Made by a program: the position numbers and the translations under genes
Notes under the pieces: model-generated
Databases searched by the model: none
The model's input: only the letters and a program-made list of their open reading frames with translations
What the model was told of the DNA's origin: nothing
Assembly (NCBI RefSeq): GCF_006345805.1
Contig: NC_043000.1
Coordinates: forward strand, 20,460,001-20,524,000
From: Octopus sinensis
Lineage: Eukaryota
DNA length: 64,000 nt
Direction: 5' to 3'
Shown here: positions 1-10,764 of the stretch, piece after piece
Layout: every line of letters starts with the position of its first letter
Position numbering within the stretch: position 1 is the stretch's first letter

Positions 1-865
1 TGAAAAATAAGAATATAAGTATAGAAAAATATAAAAATATAGAGTATAAAGATATAAAGAGATATAAAAAGATATAAAAAAATATAGATGAATATAAAGA
101 TATAAAGTTATAAAAAATATTTAAAAATTATCAGAAATATAAAGGATATAAGAATATAGAAATGTAAAAGAATATAAGGATAAGGGATATAAAGTTGTTA
201 CGGGCCAACATGGTGGTCAGGAAAATGACAAATTCTGGTTGTAGAAGCCGTGGGTGTCATAAATCAACCGGGGCGTCTGGGGACCTAGTGTATTGCAAAT
301 TAGAGTCGTTTGGTTAAACCGCTTATCTACGCACACGCATGGATACATACACCCATATACACGCGTACATATACGCACGCATACGCAACTACACGCATAC
401 ATACGTACTCTCGTGTAAACATATACAGATATATATGGAAAAAGGCGCATGTAGTTGGGTACACGAACCGACGCGCATACGTACGTATATACATACACGC
501 ACATGCGTTCATATAGGCACACTCGCACTTACACGCATGTACAAGACGAAGTGAATCTCTATGCGTGTGGGCAGAAATATGTATACACCTGTACTCACGC
601 CCACACCCACGCACATGGGGGAGTAGATCCCTATGCCTATACACAAAAGTATGTATATGCACAGACACAGGTATAACAAAAAGATCCATTCTCGCACACG
701 GGCAAGATACGGAATTATAGTGGGTACAGAAGGTAGACATGAACGTAAGAGACTTGCGGGGCAAAAAATTATGACAGAATATACATATATATACACGGAC
801 AATATACATATACATATATATACACACACACACATATACGCATATATATATACATATATATGTAT

Positions 866-942
<77 letters not shown>

Positions 943-1105
943 CACGTATATACATACACACACATACACACACATACCCGCACACGCACATATATATGTG
1001 CAAACATACACACACACGTGTACATACATACACGCATATATACATACACTCGGACCCACGCACACGTATCCACACGCGCACACACACATCTGTGTGTCTA
1101 TATGC
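1..1105. repeat. Left arm of large inverted (fold-back) duplication; probably continues upstream of the window
   Basis: 1-~390 is the reverse complement of ~4664-5099, ~390-900 of 1873-2361 and ~900-1105 of 1394-1630, with few substitutions. Confidence 0.9.
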
Positions 1106-1566
1106 GCGTGTACACATACACTTACATACACAGACACACACACATATAGGTATAGATATAAGATATTAAAAGATGTATAAAAAAAATATATTAAAAAAAT
1201 ATACAAAAATTATTAAAAATGTATAACAAGGGGGTACACATATAAACACAGATACTTACTCATACATACGCATACACATATATATACATATACATACATA
1301 CACAGACACACGTATAAGCATAAAGCGGATACATAGATAAGTAAATAAGGAAAAAAGAGCTAAAAATAGACATATATAGAGATATAAAGTGGGGCATATA
1401 GACACACAGATGTGTGTGTGCGCGTGTAGATACGTGTGCGTGGGTCCGTGTGTATGTATATATGCGTGCATGTATGTACACGTGTGTGTGTATGTTTGCA
1501 CATATATATGTGCGTGTGCGGGTATGTGTGTGTGTATGTGTGTGTGTGTATATACGTGTATATGTG

Positions 1567-1606
<40 letters not shown>

Positions 1607-1630
1607 TATATATATATAATATATATATAT

Positions 1631-1872
1631 AATTTCAACAATTGAGGGTAAAATTAATTAATTATTAATCAATTTCACCAAGTATTCAGTATGCAAAGGG
1701 ACCATTTAAGGCGAATTCAAATTATTACATTATATAAAAGGGCTTAGTAAAATAAATTACTTTGCCACATACTGAACTCATTAGAAATAGTAGCCAAAAA
1801 AACTTTTTTAAAACTATTTCTAATACTTAAAGAGAATCTCTCTCATATAGTGTTTGCTCAATTCAACTCACG
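1631..1872. mobile_element. ~240-bp insertion in a (TA)n tract, MITE- or PLE-derived
   Basis: Absent from the left arm; short inverted ends aattgag/ctcaatt and internal inverted ttcagtatg/catactgaa. Confidence 0.5.
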
Positions 1873-2360
1873 AATATATATGTGTGTGTGTGTATATACA
1901 TATATATGTGTATATATATGCGTATATATGTGTGTGTGTGTATATATATGTATGTATATTGTCCGTGTATATATATGTATATTCTGTCATAATTTTTTGC
2001 CCCGCAAGTCTCTTACGTTCATGTCTACCTTCTGTACCCACTATAATTCCGTATCTTGCCCGTGTGCGAGAATGGATCTTTTTGCTATACCTGTGTCTGT
2101 GCATATACATACTTTTGTGTATAGGCATAGGGATCTACTCCCCCATGTGCGTGGGTGTGGGCGTGAGTACAGGTGTATACATATTTCTGCCCACACGCAT
2201 AGAGATTCACTTCGTCTTGTGCATGCGTGTAAGTGCGAGTGTGCCTATATGAACGCATGTGCGTGTATGTATATACGTACGTATGCGCGTCGGTTCGTGT
2301 ACCCAACTACATGCGCCTTTTTCCATATATATCTGTATATGTTTACACGAGAGTACGTAT

Positions 2361-2361
<1 letters not shown>

Positions 2362-2404
<43 letters not shown>

Positions 2405-4662
2405 ATTTGGCTCAAAAGCAAATAGCAAGGCCATGTAGGGGGACATGGAGTTAAGTATAGGGTGGTGTTCATCTAAAGAGTTCAGGCCACTTGAGGTCAA
2501 GGGAGGCTTTGAACAAAGCGGTCGTCGGCATCTTCACCATCTCGTCTGGCAGCTTGTTCCACGGATCCGCAACCCGGACGGAGAAAGCTCCTCTCCTTCG
2601 ATTGAGATGAAATCGTCGCAGGTAGAGCTTTTCGGAATGACCCCGCAGCCGACGCTCTGGAGCAGGAGTGAAGAACAGCTCTTTCGAGAGGTTACACTTT
2701 CCGCTTATGATGTTGTGGGCGAGAATGAGATCACCACGGCGGCGGCGTTTTTCAAGAGAATAAAGGTCGAGCGTCCTCAGCCTTTCTTCATAGGACAAAT
2801 TTTTGAGACCATGAACCATGCGGGTAGCCAGCTTCTGGACTCTTTCGAGATGCCGTATGTCTTTGAGGAGATAAGGAGAAGAGGCTTGAATCCCGTACTC
2901 CAATATGGGTCTCACCAGCGTGACATAGAGTGGTAGGAATATGGCTGCTGTGAGCATTCCGAATGACCGTCGAATCAAGAACAGAATTCCGCGTGCTTTG
3001 TTGGCAGCATGGACGCACTGGGCCGAAGGCGAAAAGGAGGAATCCACCAAGATACCCAGGTCCTTTACCTGATCGGTCCTCTCCAGCAGCAGACCACCCG
3101 GCTCGAAATCAAGTTGAGTTGCAGGAGGAGAGCCAACAGATGACAGCACTTTGACACGTTCAGACACAGGTCCCATTCGTTAGACCACTTCCAAATTTGG
3201 TGGAGGCATCGACGAAGATCCTCTATATCACCGCGAGGAGCGACCAGTTTGATATCGTCGGCAAATAGAAGGGTGTGTCGCGTGAGGTCGTCGGGCAAGT
3301 CATTTATGAAGACTAAGAACAATAAGGGCCCAAGCACTGAACCTTGAGGCACGCCACTGCTCGCACTGGAGACGTCGGGCCGCGAACCATTAACTTGGAC
3401 TTTGAAGGAGCGATCTGAGAGGAAGGCACCAACCCAACGTACAATATCCGGATGGAAACTATATGCTTGAAGCTTGACAAGTAATAGACGGTGGTTTACC
3501 GAGTCAAAAGCTTTGGCAAAGTCCAATAAAACGATGTCAACAGCATCACTATCATCGAGGATGCGCGTCACTAATTCTTCCATTACCAGTAAGTTGGTCA
3601 AGCATGATCCCTTCGGCACGAAGCCGTGTTGGGAATCAGAGATAGAGGCTTGTTTTGGAGGTGGAGCATCATACTTTTCTTAAGGATGGTTTCGAACATC
3701 TTGCTGATTATTGATGTAAGGGAAACCGGTCGGTAGTTAAGCGGGTCTTCGCGGCTCCCTTTCTTGAAAATTGGGCAGATTATCGCTGTTCTCCAGTCCG
3801 AAGGTATAACACCCGTCGCCAATGACATATTGAATAGACGTGTTAAGGGCTCGCAGATGACCGGAGCCAACGCTTTGATAACCCGTGGGTGTATGCCGTC
3901 AGGGCCGTGACCCTTGTTGACATCGAGGCTTTGAATAATACGTTTGACTTCGTCCCGCGTGATGCCCAATCTAGACATTGGAGGTACCGATCTATCAAAT
4001 GGAGGGGGTTTACGACCATCATCTTGTTTGAAAATAGTTGAAAAAGCCTCGGCAAATAATTGACTCTGTTGATAAGGGTCCTCAATCGATACGCCTGTTG
4101 AGTCTACCAACGTTGCAATCTGGTTGTTCAAGCGGGAATTCCGTTGCACATGGGCAAAGAAGGTTTTTGGATTGCTACTGGCATTTGCCGCGATTTTGTA
4201 TTCATAACTGAAGCGTTCTTCCTTTTCAATTTTCACGGCTCGGTCTCGTTGAGTTATGTACACCTCAAAAGCTGCAGTCGAATCCAGATTTTTTAATTCA
4301 GCCCAAGCAATATCTCTGAGTCGACGTTCTCGTTTAACCTTCTTCGTCACCCAGGGCTTGTGTTTCTTCTTCTTGGGAAGCCCAACGGGAACTGCCTGGT
4401 CAGTCAACCAGATTACATATGCTTTGAGGGATGACCATAGTTCCTCAACTGAGGACAACGTCATCAGGGATCGCCAGTCCAGAAGCGCGGAAGCCTCGGT
4501 TAGAATTTCAAGATTAATTGCAGAGAAGACTCTACGTGGCAGCGAAGTAGTCGTGGGCGTAGAAAAAGTTGTGTGCATGACGAACTTCAGGACTGCATGA
4601 TCACTCTTGGCAAGAGGGGCGCACACAGATACGTCTGACACTGATCTTGGATATGTATGCTT
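2362..4662 (-). mobile_element. 5'-truncated CR1-clade LINE with (AACT)n tail
   Basis: ORF2 motifs: endonuclease end SDH, NYRPVSLTS, LDFAKAFDSV, GVPQGSVLGP, LFADD, KDLGILVDS, RPILEY, LERVQKLATR; ~100-nt 3' UTR; (TTAG)n on + strand at 2362-2403. Confidence 0.95.
2469..4641 (-). pseudogene. CR1 ORF2 (reverse transcriptase), split by two frameshifts near 3630 and 3145
   Basis: ORFs 3598-4641, 3065-3619 and 2469-3176 give consecutive parts of one RT protein with no internal stops. Confidence 0.9.
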
Positions 4663-5569
4663 GTATGCGTGTAGTTGCGTATGCGTGCGTATATGTACGC
4701 GTGTATATGGGTGTATGTATCCATGCGTGTACGTATGTACATGATGACCACTTGATACGTTACGAGGAACTAGATAAGCGGTTTAACCAAACGACTCTAA
4801 TTTACAATACACTAGGTCCCCAGACGCCCCGGTTGATTTATGACACCCACGGCTTCTACAACCAGAATTTGTCATTTTCCTGACCACCATGTTGGTCCGT
4901 AACAACTTTATATCCCTTATCCTTATATTCTTTTACATTTCTATATTCTTATATCCTTTATATTTCTGATAATTTTTTAATATTTTTTATAACTTTATAT
5001 CTTTATATTCATTTATATTTTTTTATATCTTTTTATATCTCTTTATATCTTTATACTCTATATTTTTATATTTTTCTATACTTATATTCTTATTTTTCAC
5101 ATTTTAATATTTTTTTATCCTTCGTCCTGAATTCTCGCCCCTCCATCTTTATCCCCATTTACTCTTATTACCAGGTTCCTTCACGTCTGTCTGTATTTAT
5201 ATATGTATATAGTTATTTATTCATTTATTTATATTACCTCAACATCCAAACTTCCTCATTCTACATTGAGAGAAGGACGAGATGGACGCTTCATTTTTAT
5301 GCTGCTGCCGCATTATGTCGTACGCGAATGAGAGGATTTGCATCCCCAACGTAGAATTTTTGATGTAATACATGTCCTTGAGGTAGTAATTGTGCGCGGC
5401 TGAAGAAAGCCATAGACACACATTATGCATTGTTATAAATCCGTCTAATAAAGGCCCGAAACATATGTACCGCTGAATTCTTGGCATCATGTTTTTATTT
5501 TGATTAATTTACTCCACCACCTACACCACCAAACGGTATATACAGGTGCTTACAATTATCAAGTACTCA

Positions 5570-6030
5570 CCCTGAATTTCTATATATATATATATATATA
5601 TTAATAAATGAAATAAAACATATGCATATATATAAACATATATGTACGTACCTACCTCTACATGTACATATACACGCATATATGAGTACAGGACACCAAA
5701 GGGACGTCGAACACAAAGAGAAACGAAAACATAGACACAAACCAAAGAAACTGGACATTTTTTAAAAAACAACAAAAAAATGGAGGACAGGACAATTAAC
5801 ACAAAGAAAAAACCCCTTCTTCAGTCGCTATGGTTTCATCTACTCTACGTTTCGAAGGATAAAAGCGAGACGTATCTTCGACAAGAAACTTTCCTTCCTG
5901 CGAAAAGCAAATCAATTAAAATTCTGAGATCTTTTCGCAGAGGGGTAAAAAAATGGTTAAAAAATGGTAAAAAAACAGGACAGTAACGACAGTACAAAAA
6001 TATAAACAGTAAAAGACAGGACTTGCATAC
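5570..6030 (-). repeat. Probable PLE terminal-repeat remnant between microsatellites
   Basis: Minus strand carries a decayed hammerhead-like string (TTGTCGA...CTTCGAAAC GTAGA GTA) at ~5845-5890; TA-rich flanks. Confidence 0.3.
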
Positions 6031-6080
6031 ATATATATGAGTGTATGCATTAGTGTTACTGGACGTGCACGTGCTTGTTT

Positions 6081-6173
6081 CTATGAATTTCTTAAATTGA
6101 TGAAATCGGTGTCGCTGACAAATTCGTGTGAATAACATCCTATTTCGAGGACATGTAAAATGTTATCGTTTAC
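6081..6173 (-). other. Candidate terminal coding exon (VNDNILHVLEIGCYSHEFVSDTDFINLRNS*), product unknown
   Basis: Strong acceptor on minus strand (T-run, gctaac branch-like motif, ccttatttcctttcctAG); only phase 0 is open; no homology recognised. Confidence 0.2.
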
Positions 6174-6559
6174 CTAGGAAAGGAAATAAGGGTTAGCGTT
6201 AAAAAAAAAAAAGACACGCATGGAAAAATGGACGAAAACGAATGACAAAATTGAAGTGTATGTTTGTGCGCGCGCGCGTATTATGTGAACGATAATATTC
6301 TGAAAACAAAGGAGTTTAGAATTTAGTTTCGTGTGTGTGTGTGTGTGTGAAACTGATGAATTAGATATAGTTCACGATAAAAATTTACAATTCTATATTG
6401 TTTAAAATACAAGCAACTTCAGAGCAATACCTCTTGTTACTGATTGGTGTAGCTAATACAGGAACAACGGATACGACCGCTCCCTACGGGCGTATTTTCT
6501 ACAATTGGCGCCTTTTCAGCAATTTTTTTAAAATTCTTTTGTTACCTATATCAGTATTC

Positions 6560-6958
6560 TTTTACTCTTTTACTTGTTTCAGTCATTTGACTGCGGCCAT
6601 GCTGGAGCACCGCCTTTAGTCGAGCAAATCGCCCCCAGGACTTATTCTTTGTAAGCTTAGTACTTATTCTATCGGCCTCTTTTGCCGAACCGCTAAGTTA
6701 CGGGGACGTAAACGCACCAGCATCGGTTGTCAAGCGATGTTGTGAGGGGAGGACAAACACAGACACACACACATCTATATACATATACATATATACGACG
6801 GGCTTCTTTCAGTTTCCGTCTACCAAATCCACGCACAAGGATTTGGTCGGCCCGAGGCTATAGTAGAAGACACTTGCCCAAGATACCACGCAGTGGGACT
6901 GAACCCGGAACCATGTGGTTGGTAAGCAAGCTACTTACCACACAGCCACTCCTGTGCC
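6560..6958 (-). mobile_element. SINE family A (tRNA-derived head, CORE-like ccttgggcaag segment, internal microsatellite)
   Basis: Same ~400-480-bp sequence recurs >15 times in the window; CpGs intact in this copy. Confidence 0.85.
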
Positions 6959-7256
6959 TAGTTGTAAATTTCATACATAATAGCATTCTTACTGAAACAT
7001 GAAATCTATGAATGTAGAATAGAATTATGTATATTATAGCAAATGAAATGTTTCGTGTAATATAAAAGAAAGGAGTTTAAAATTGTTTGGTATGTGACAC
7101 GGTCACATGTGCACACTCCCATTAAGTATAGAACCTGGCTACGCCTCTGATTATAGTTCGCCTGCATTTAGCGCCACTCCCACTCCGTTTTTTGCAGTTT
7201 TTTTCCCTTTACCAGCGTGACTAACAGGAACAAACTGCGTTTTATTTTATGTAAGA

Positions 7257-7734
7257 CTAGTATTATAACCCGATTTCATTCGGGTCTACTCGGGTCACAT
7301 TTTAAAGATGAGGAATTAAAAAAAAAAAACGAAAATTTTATTAAAAATTAAAAAGAGAATGAGGGAAAAAACACTCGTTTTTTGTTTTTCTTTTCAGAAT
7401 GAAAAATCGTTTCCTAGTAGCCGGAATTTCGCGACAAAATGTATGTTTATTAAGCACAACAGCCTGCAGTGCATGCCGTTGGGCATTAAAAGCCAATCGC
7501 ACAAACCTAGAGGGGCTCTTGGCCCCCCTTGAATCGATAAAAAATCACTCTTTTTGCCATAGCAACCACATCTTTATAGCTTGCGAATTTTAACCATCGC
7601 GGGTTTCATCCTCACCAGGCATTTAGTATCCCTGCCAATTTTCAGCTCGATCCTAACCTCGGTTTGGCCGCCATTAACCGTCAAAGCAAAATGTTCATAC
7701 AATTTTCGTCCAAGGACTGTTTTATAGATATAGA
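7257..7734 (-). mobile_element. Non-autonomous Helitron-like element
   Basis: Minus strand 5' TCTATA...; 3' hairpin acccg...cgggt followed by CTAG|T. Confidence 0.6.
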
Positions 7735-8030
7735 CTATTTAACTTTACCCATTGTTACTTGACATACAATAGTTTCATATACAAAATCGACCATACTGCA
7801 TATTTGTAGTGAAAATCTGTGAGCATTTTCATGCACTTAACCAAATAAATGACATGAGTACATATTGGAGAGATTAAGGGAATAGAATATAATGCGGTTT
7901 GTATGTACATATAGATAAATAAATAGGGTCAAATCGATTTTATGAAACCATCAAACACTGTTAAACATGTATGTCATAACATTATTCAACACAATACCAA
8001 AGGATTTTTTTTTAATCTATTAAGAATGTT

Positions 8031-8352
8031 GTGGAGGTGCAATGACCCAGTGGTTAGGACAGCGGACTCGCGGTCAGGGGATCGCGGTTTTGATTCCCAG
8101 ACCGGGCGTTCTGTGTGTTTATTGAGCGAAAACACCTAAACCTCCACGAGGCTCCGATAGGGGTTGGTGGCGACCTCTGTTGTATGTACTCTTTCGCCCC
8201 AACTTTCTCTCACTCTTTCTTCCTGTTTCTTGAGTAACGCTGCGATGGACTGGCATCCTGTCCAGCTGGGGGGAACACATACGCCAAAGAAACCGGGAAA
8301 CCGGGCCCATGAGCCTGGCTAGGCTTGAAAAGGGCGCATAGATAATATACAA
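8031..8352 (+). mobile_element. SINE family C (tRNA-derived) with 13-bp TSD
   Basis: A/B-box-like head; tattaagaatgtt at 8018-8030 and 8353-8365; related copies at 41.0, 42.7 and 50.4 kb. Confidence 0.85.
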
Positions 8353-8550
8353 TATTAAGAATGTTACCAATAGAAAATGTTGGAAAATTGTCAACACTCT
8401 CAATTACTGAAACTAGATGTGTCGATGAAATTATTTAAAAAAATCTTTGAGGTGTCAGTCACCCTTAGAAATTCTTGGTGTAACAGATCCCCTTTAATTT
8501 CTACACATACAGACGCACTTACACAGGTATACGAAGATATATTTATTTGA

Positions 8551-8784
8551 TGAAGGCGGTGAGCTAGCAGAATCGTTAGCACGCCGGGCGAAATGCGTAG
8601 CCGTATTTCGTCTGACGTTACGTTCTGAGTTCAAATTCCGCCGAGGTCGACTTTGCCATTCATCCTTTCGGAGTCGATAAATTAAGTACCAGTTACGCAC
8701 TGGGGTCGATGTAATCGACTTAATCCGTTTGTCTGTCCTTGCTTGTCCCCTCTATGTTTAGCCCCTTGTGGGTAATAAAGAAAC
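8551..8784 (+). mobile_element. SINE family B with 16-bp TSD
   Basis: Head with gagttcaaattcc B-box; agatatatttatttga at 8535-8550 and 8785-8800. Confidence 0.9.
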
Positions 8785-9989
8785 AGATATATTTATTTGA
8801 CTAAACTTGTATTTGAGCCACGATGGCAATCGTCCGTTTTTCACGGGTAATATCACGATATATAATATAAAGTGGTTTCATAGGAAAACATGTTTTATCT
8901 TTGGCTTCAGCCAAATTCTTTATTGTTCTGAGTTCATCCCATGTGCGAAAACTTCTTCGATCACTCTCACCCAACAAAACCATAGATTCTGATGTTGTTA
9001 CTTTCCATTTGTGTCATTGCTCGTAGATCTTTTTCTACCAAAGATATACTTTTCAATGCTGCGGACTAATACGTGTCGTGTTTGAAATGTTAAGTGAGCA
9101 AATGTCACTTCAAAGTGAGAATAGTGATTTCAAAGTGAGCACATTTCACAAAAACAAAACTTTGATCAACTTAAACTATTTTTCAAAGTATTTTGTTTCT
9201 GTTTTTTTTTGTCCTTTTTGCTAATGTGTTTTGTTACTACTAAAAATAATTTTTAAAATATTGAATATTTTAAGGTCAGGAATATATTTTTTTATTCATT
9301 AACGCCCTTGTTCACAATGGTATCGAAAATTTCTCTCGCGACAATTCATAATTGTTATCTGAAATGTCTACCAACCCACGCATTGCTTCGTGAATAAAAT
9401 AATGCTCTCAAAGCGGATCTTTGCCCGCAGACATTCATGCAGAGATAGTCGTCACTCATTCAAGTGTTTTAAAAGTCACATACCAAGATTATATGCTCAG
9501 AAAATTAATATTTTGCGCCATTGCTATACTTCACAAAAAAACGCAACAGAAAACAACCATTTCATGCGATTTTTTTTTTATGTTGCTTGGCTAACGAAAA
9601 CGTAAGTTGGCCATGTTGATATTACAAATGGTATTATGATATTTTAGTGTTTTATTTTCTGTTTAATATATTTTTTACATTAATCTAGAACTGAAATCGC
9701 TATTCTCACAAACAGTAGCAAAGTGGCCTGTTGAAATTATTAAGCTTACTTTGAAATGGCGATATCTCACTTCGAAATAAAAAATACTGGTGCTAACATC
9801 AATACGCATATGCACGCATATATATATATATATATTATATATATATATAAGAGAGAGATAATGGTGTCATTTGGACCCAAAGGTGTCAGGTAAAGCTGAA
9901 TAAGTGGTATAGACAGACCATAGTTAAGGTTAAGTTCCTGCTCTAATATCTACACAGCCTTGGTTTTTTGTCTTATTACGCAAAAAATT

Positions 9990-10030
<41 letters not shown>

Positions 10031-10032
<2 letters not shown>

Positions 10033-10072
10033 TAGCATTAAAGACCCGTCGTTGCCGGGTCATAGTGCTAGT
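10031..10072 (-). mobile_element. Helitron-type 3' terminal palindrome
   Basis: actagca...gacccg / cgggtc...tgctagt with CTAG at both ends next to (TA)n; 5' end not located. Confidence 0.45.
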
Positions 10073-10764
10073 GCATGTATATATGTGTATATATATGTGT
10101 ACATATTTAATGTACATCTATATATATATACATCTACACATAAAATACAAAATACAAAGTTATATCTTGATATCGCTAGTGATAACAATACTCAAAATAT
10201 ATAACAGACTGGAATTGTTAGCCCGTCTCTTGTAATTTCGATCAATTGGATCTTGTCCTCCCTCTTGTATAGAAGTGTGGCTACAATCCAGCCTACCTCT
10301 ACTTCTGGGGAGGGGGGTCATTTTAAATTTTTTTCCGGAACGTCCTACGTCCCAGATATAAAGGTAAAAATAAAATATTTCCACTTTGCAAGTTCGAGTC
10401 GAGTTCTCCCTTGCACGCTCCGTTGACTCGAACCTTGCTCCTATTGTGGCGAATTTACCGCCTCTGATTAGATACCTTTCATAGTCGCACCAAGACACTT
10501 TTCGAAGGTGCTTTCCTCCATGTGTTTTATTATTACCCACAAGGGGCGAACGTAGAGGGGACAATACAATCTGATGTGGGGTCAGATACACGAATGGGAT
10601 TTACAAAAAAGCGAATTTTTAAAATTTACAAAAAATTACAAAATAGAAAAAAATCGAATGGAGAACAGACCGGAAGACATTACGGATGGAGTGGGAGCGG
10701 GTTTAGCTCGGACCCCACGAGCCCCGCCTCCCCACTGATACTTTGGTTTCGTCTGGTTTTACAT

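Larger units (their letters stand above)
1394..5099. repeat. Right arm of the inverted duplication, interrupted by two insertions (1631-1872 and 2362-4662)
   Basis: Direct reverse-complement alignment to 1-1105; top-strand A/C skew flips to T/G at ~1394. Confidence 0.9.

Noticed and set aside
196-330. TGTTACGG start resembling an LTR 5' end
   Set aside because: No matching LTR end, PBS, PPT or internal domains; too little to call
217-2365. Many long ORFs rich in Y/I/C/V/H/T (also at 32.8-33.7 kb and 44.5-44.9 kb)
   Set aside because: Translations of (TA)n, (CA)n and (GA)n microsatellites; open only because such repeats lack stops
2362-2403. (TTAG)n as a telomere-like repeat
   Set aside because: Not TTAGGG; it is the CR1 3' tail
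5239-5490. 83-aa minus-strand ORF and a possible 23-nt microexon
   Set aside because: No recognisable homology or supporting exon chain
5800-5890. Type II hammerhead fold using CTGAAGA on the minus strand
   Set aside because: Stem I does not pair; only a decayed type I-like string remains
8031-8110. tRNA gene (also heads at 42.7 and 50.4 kb)
   Set aside because: No full cloverleaf; heads run into SINE bodies with TSDs
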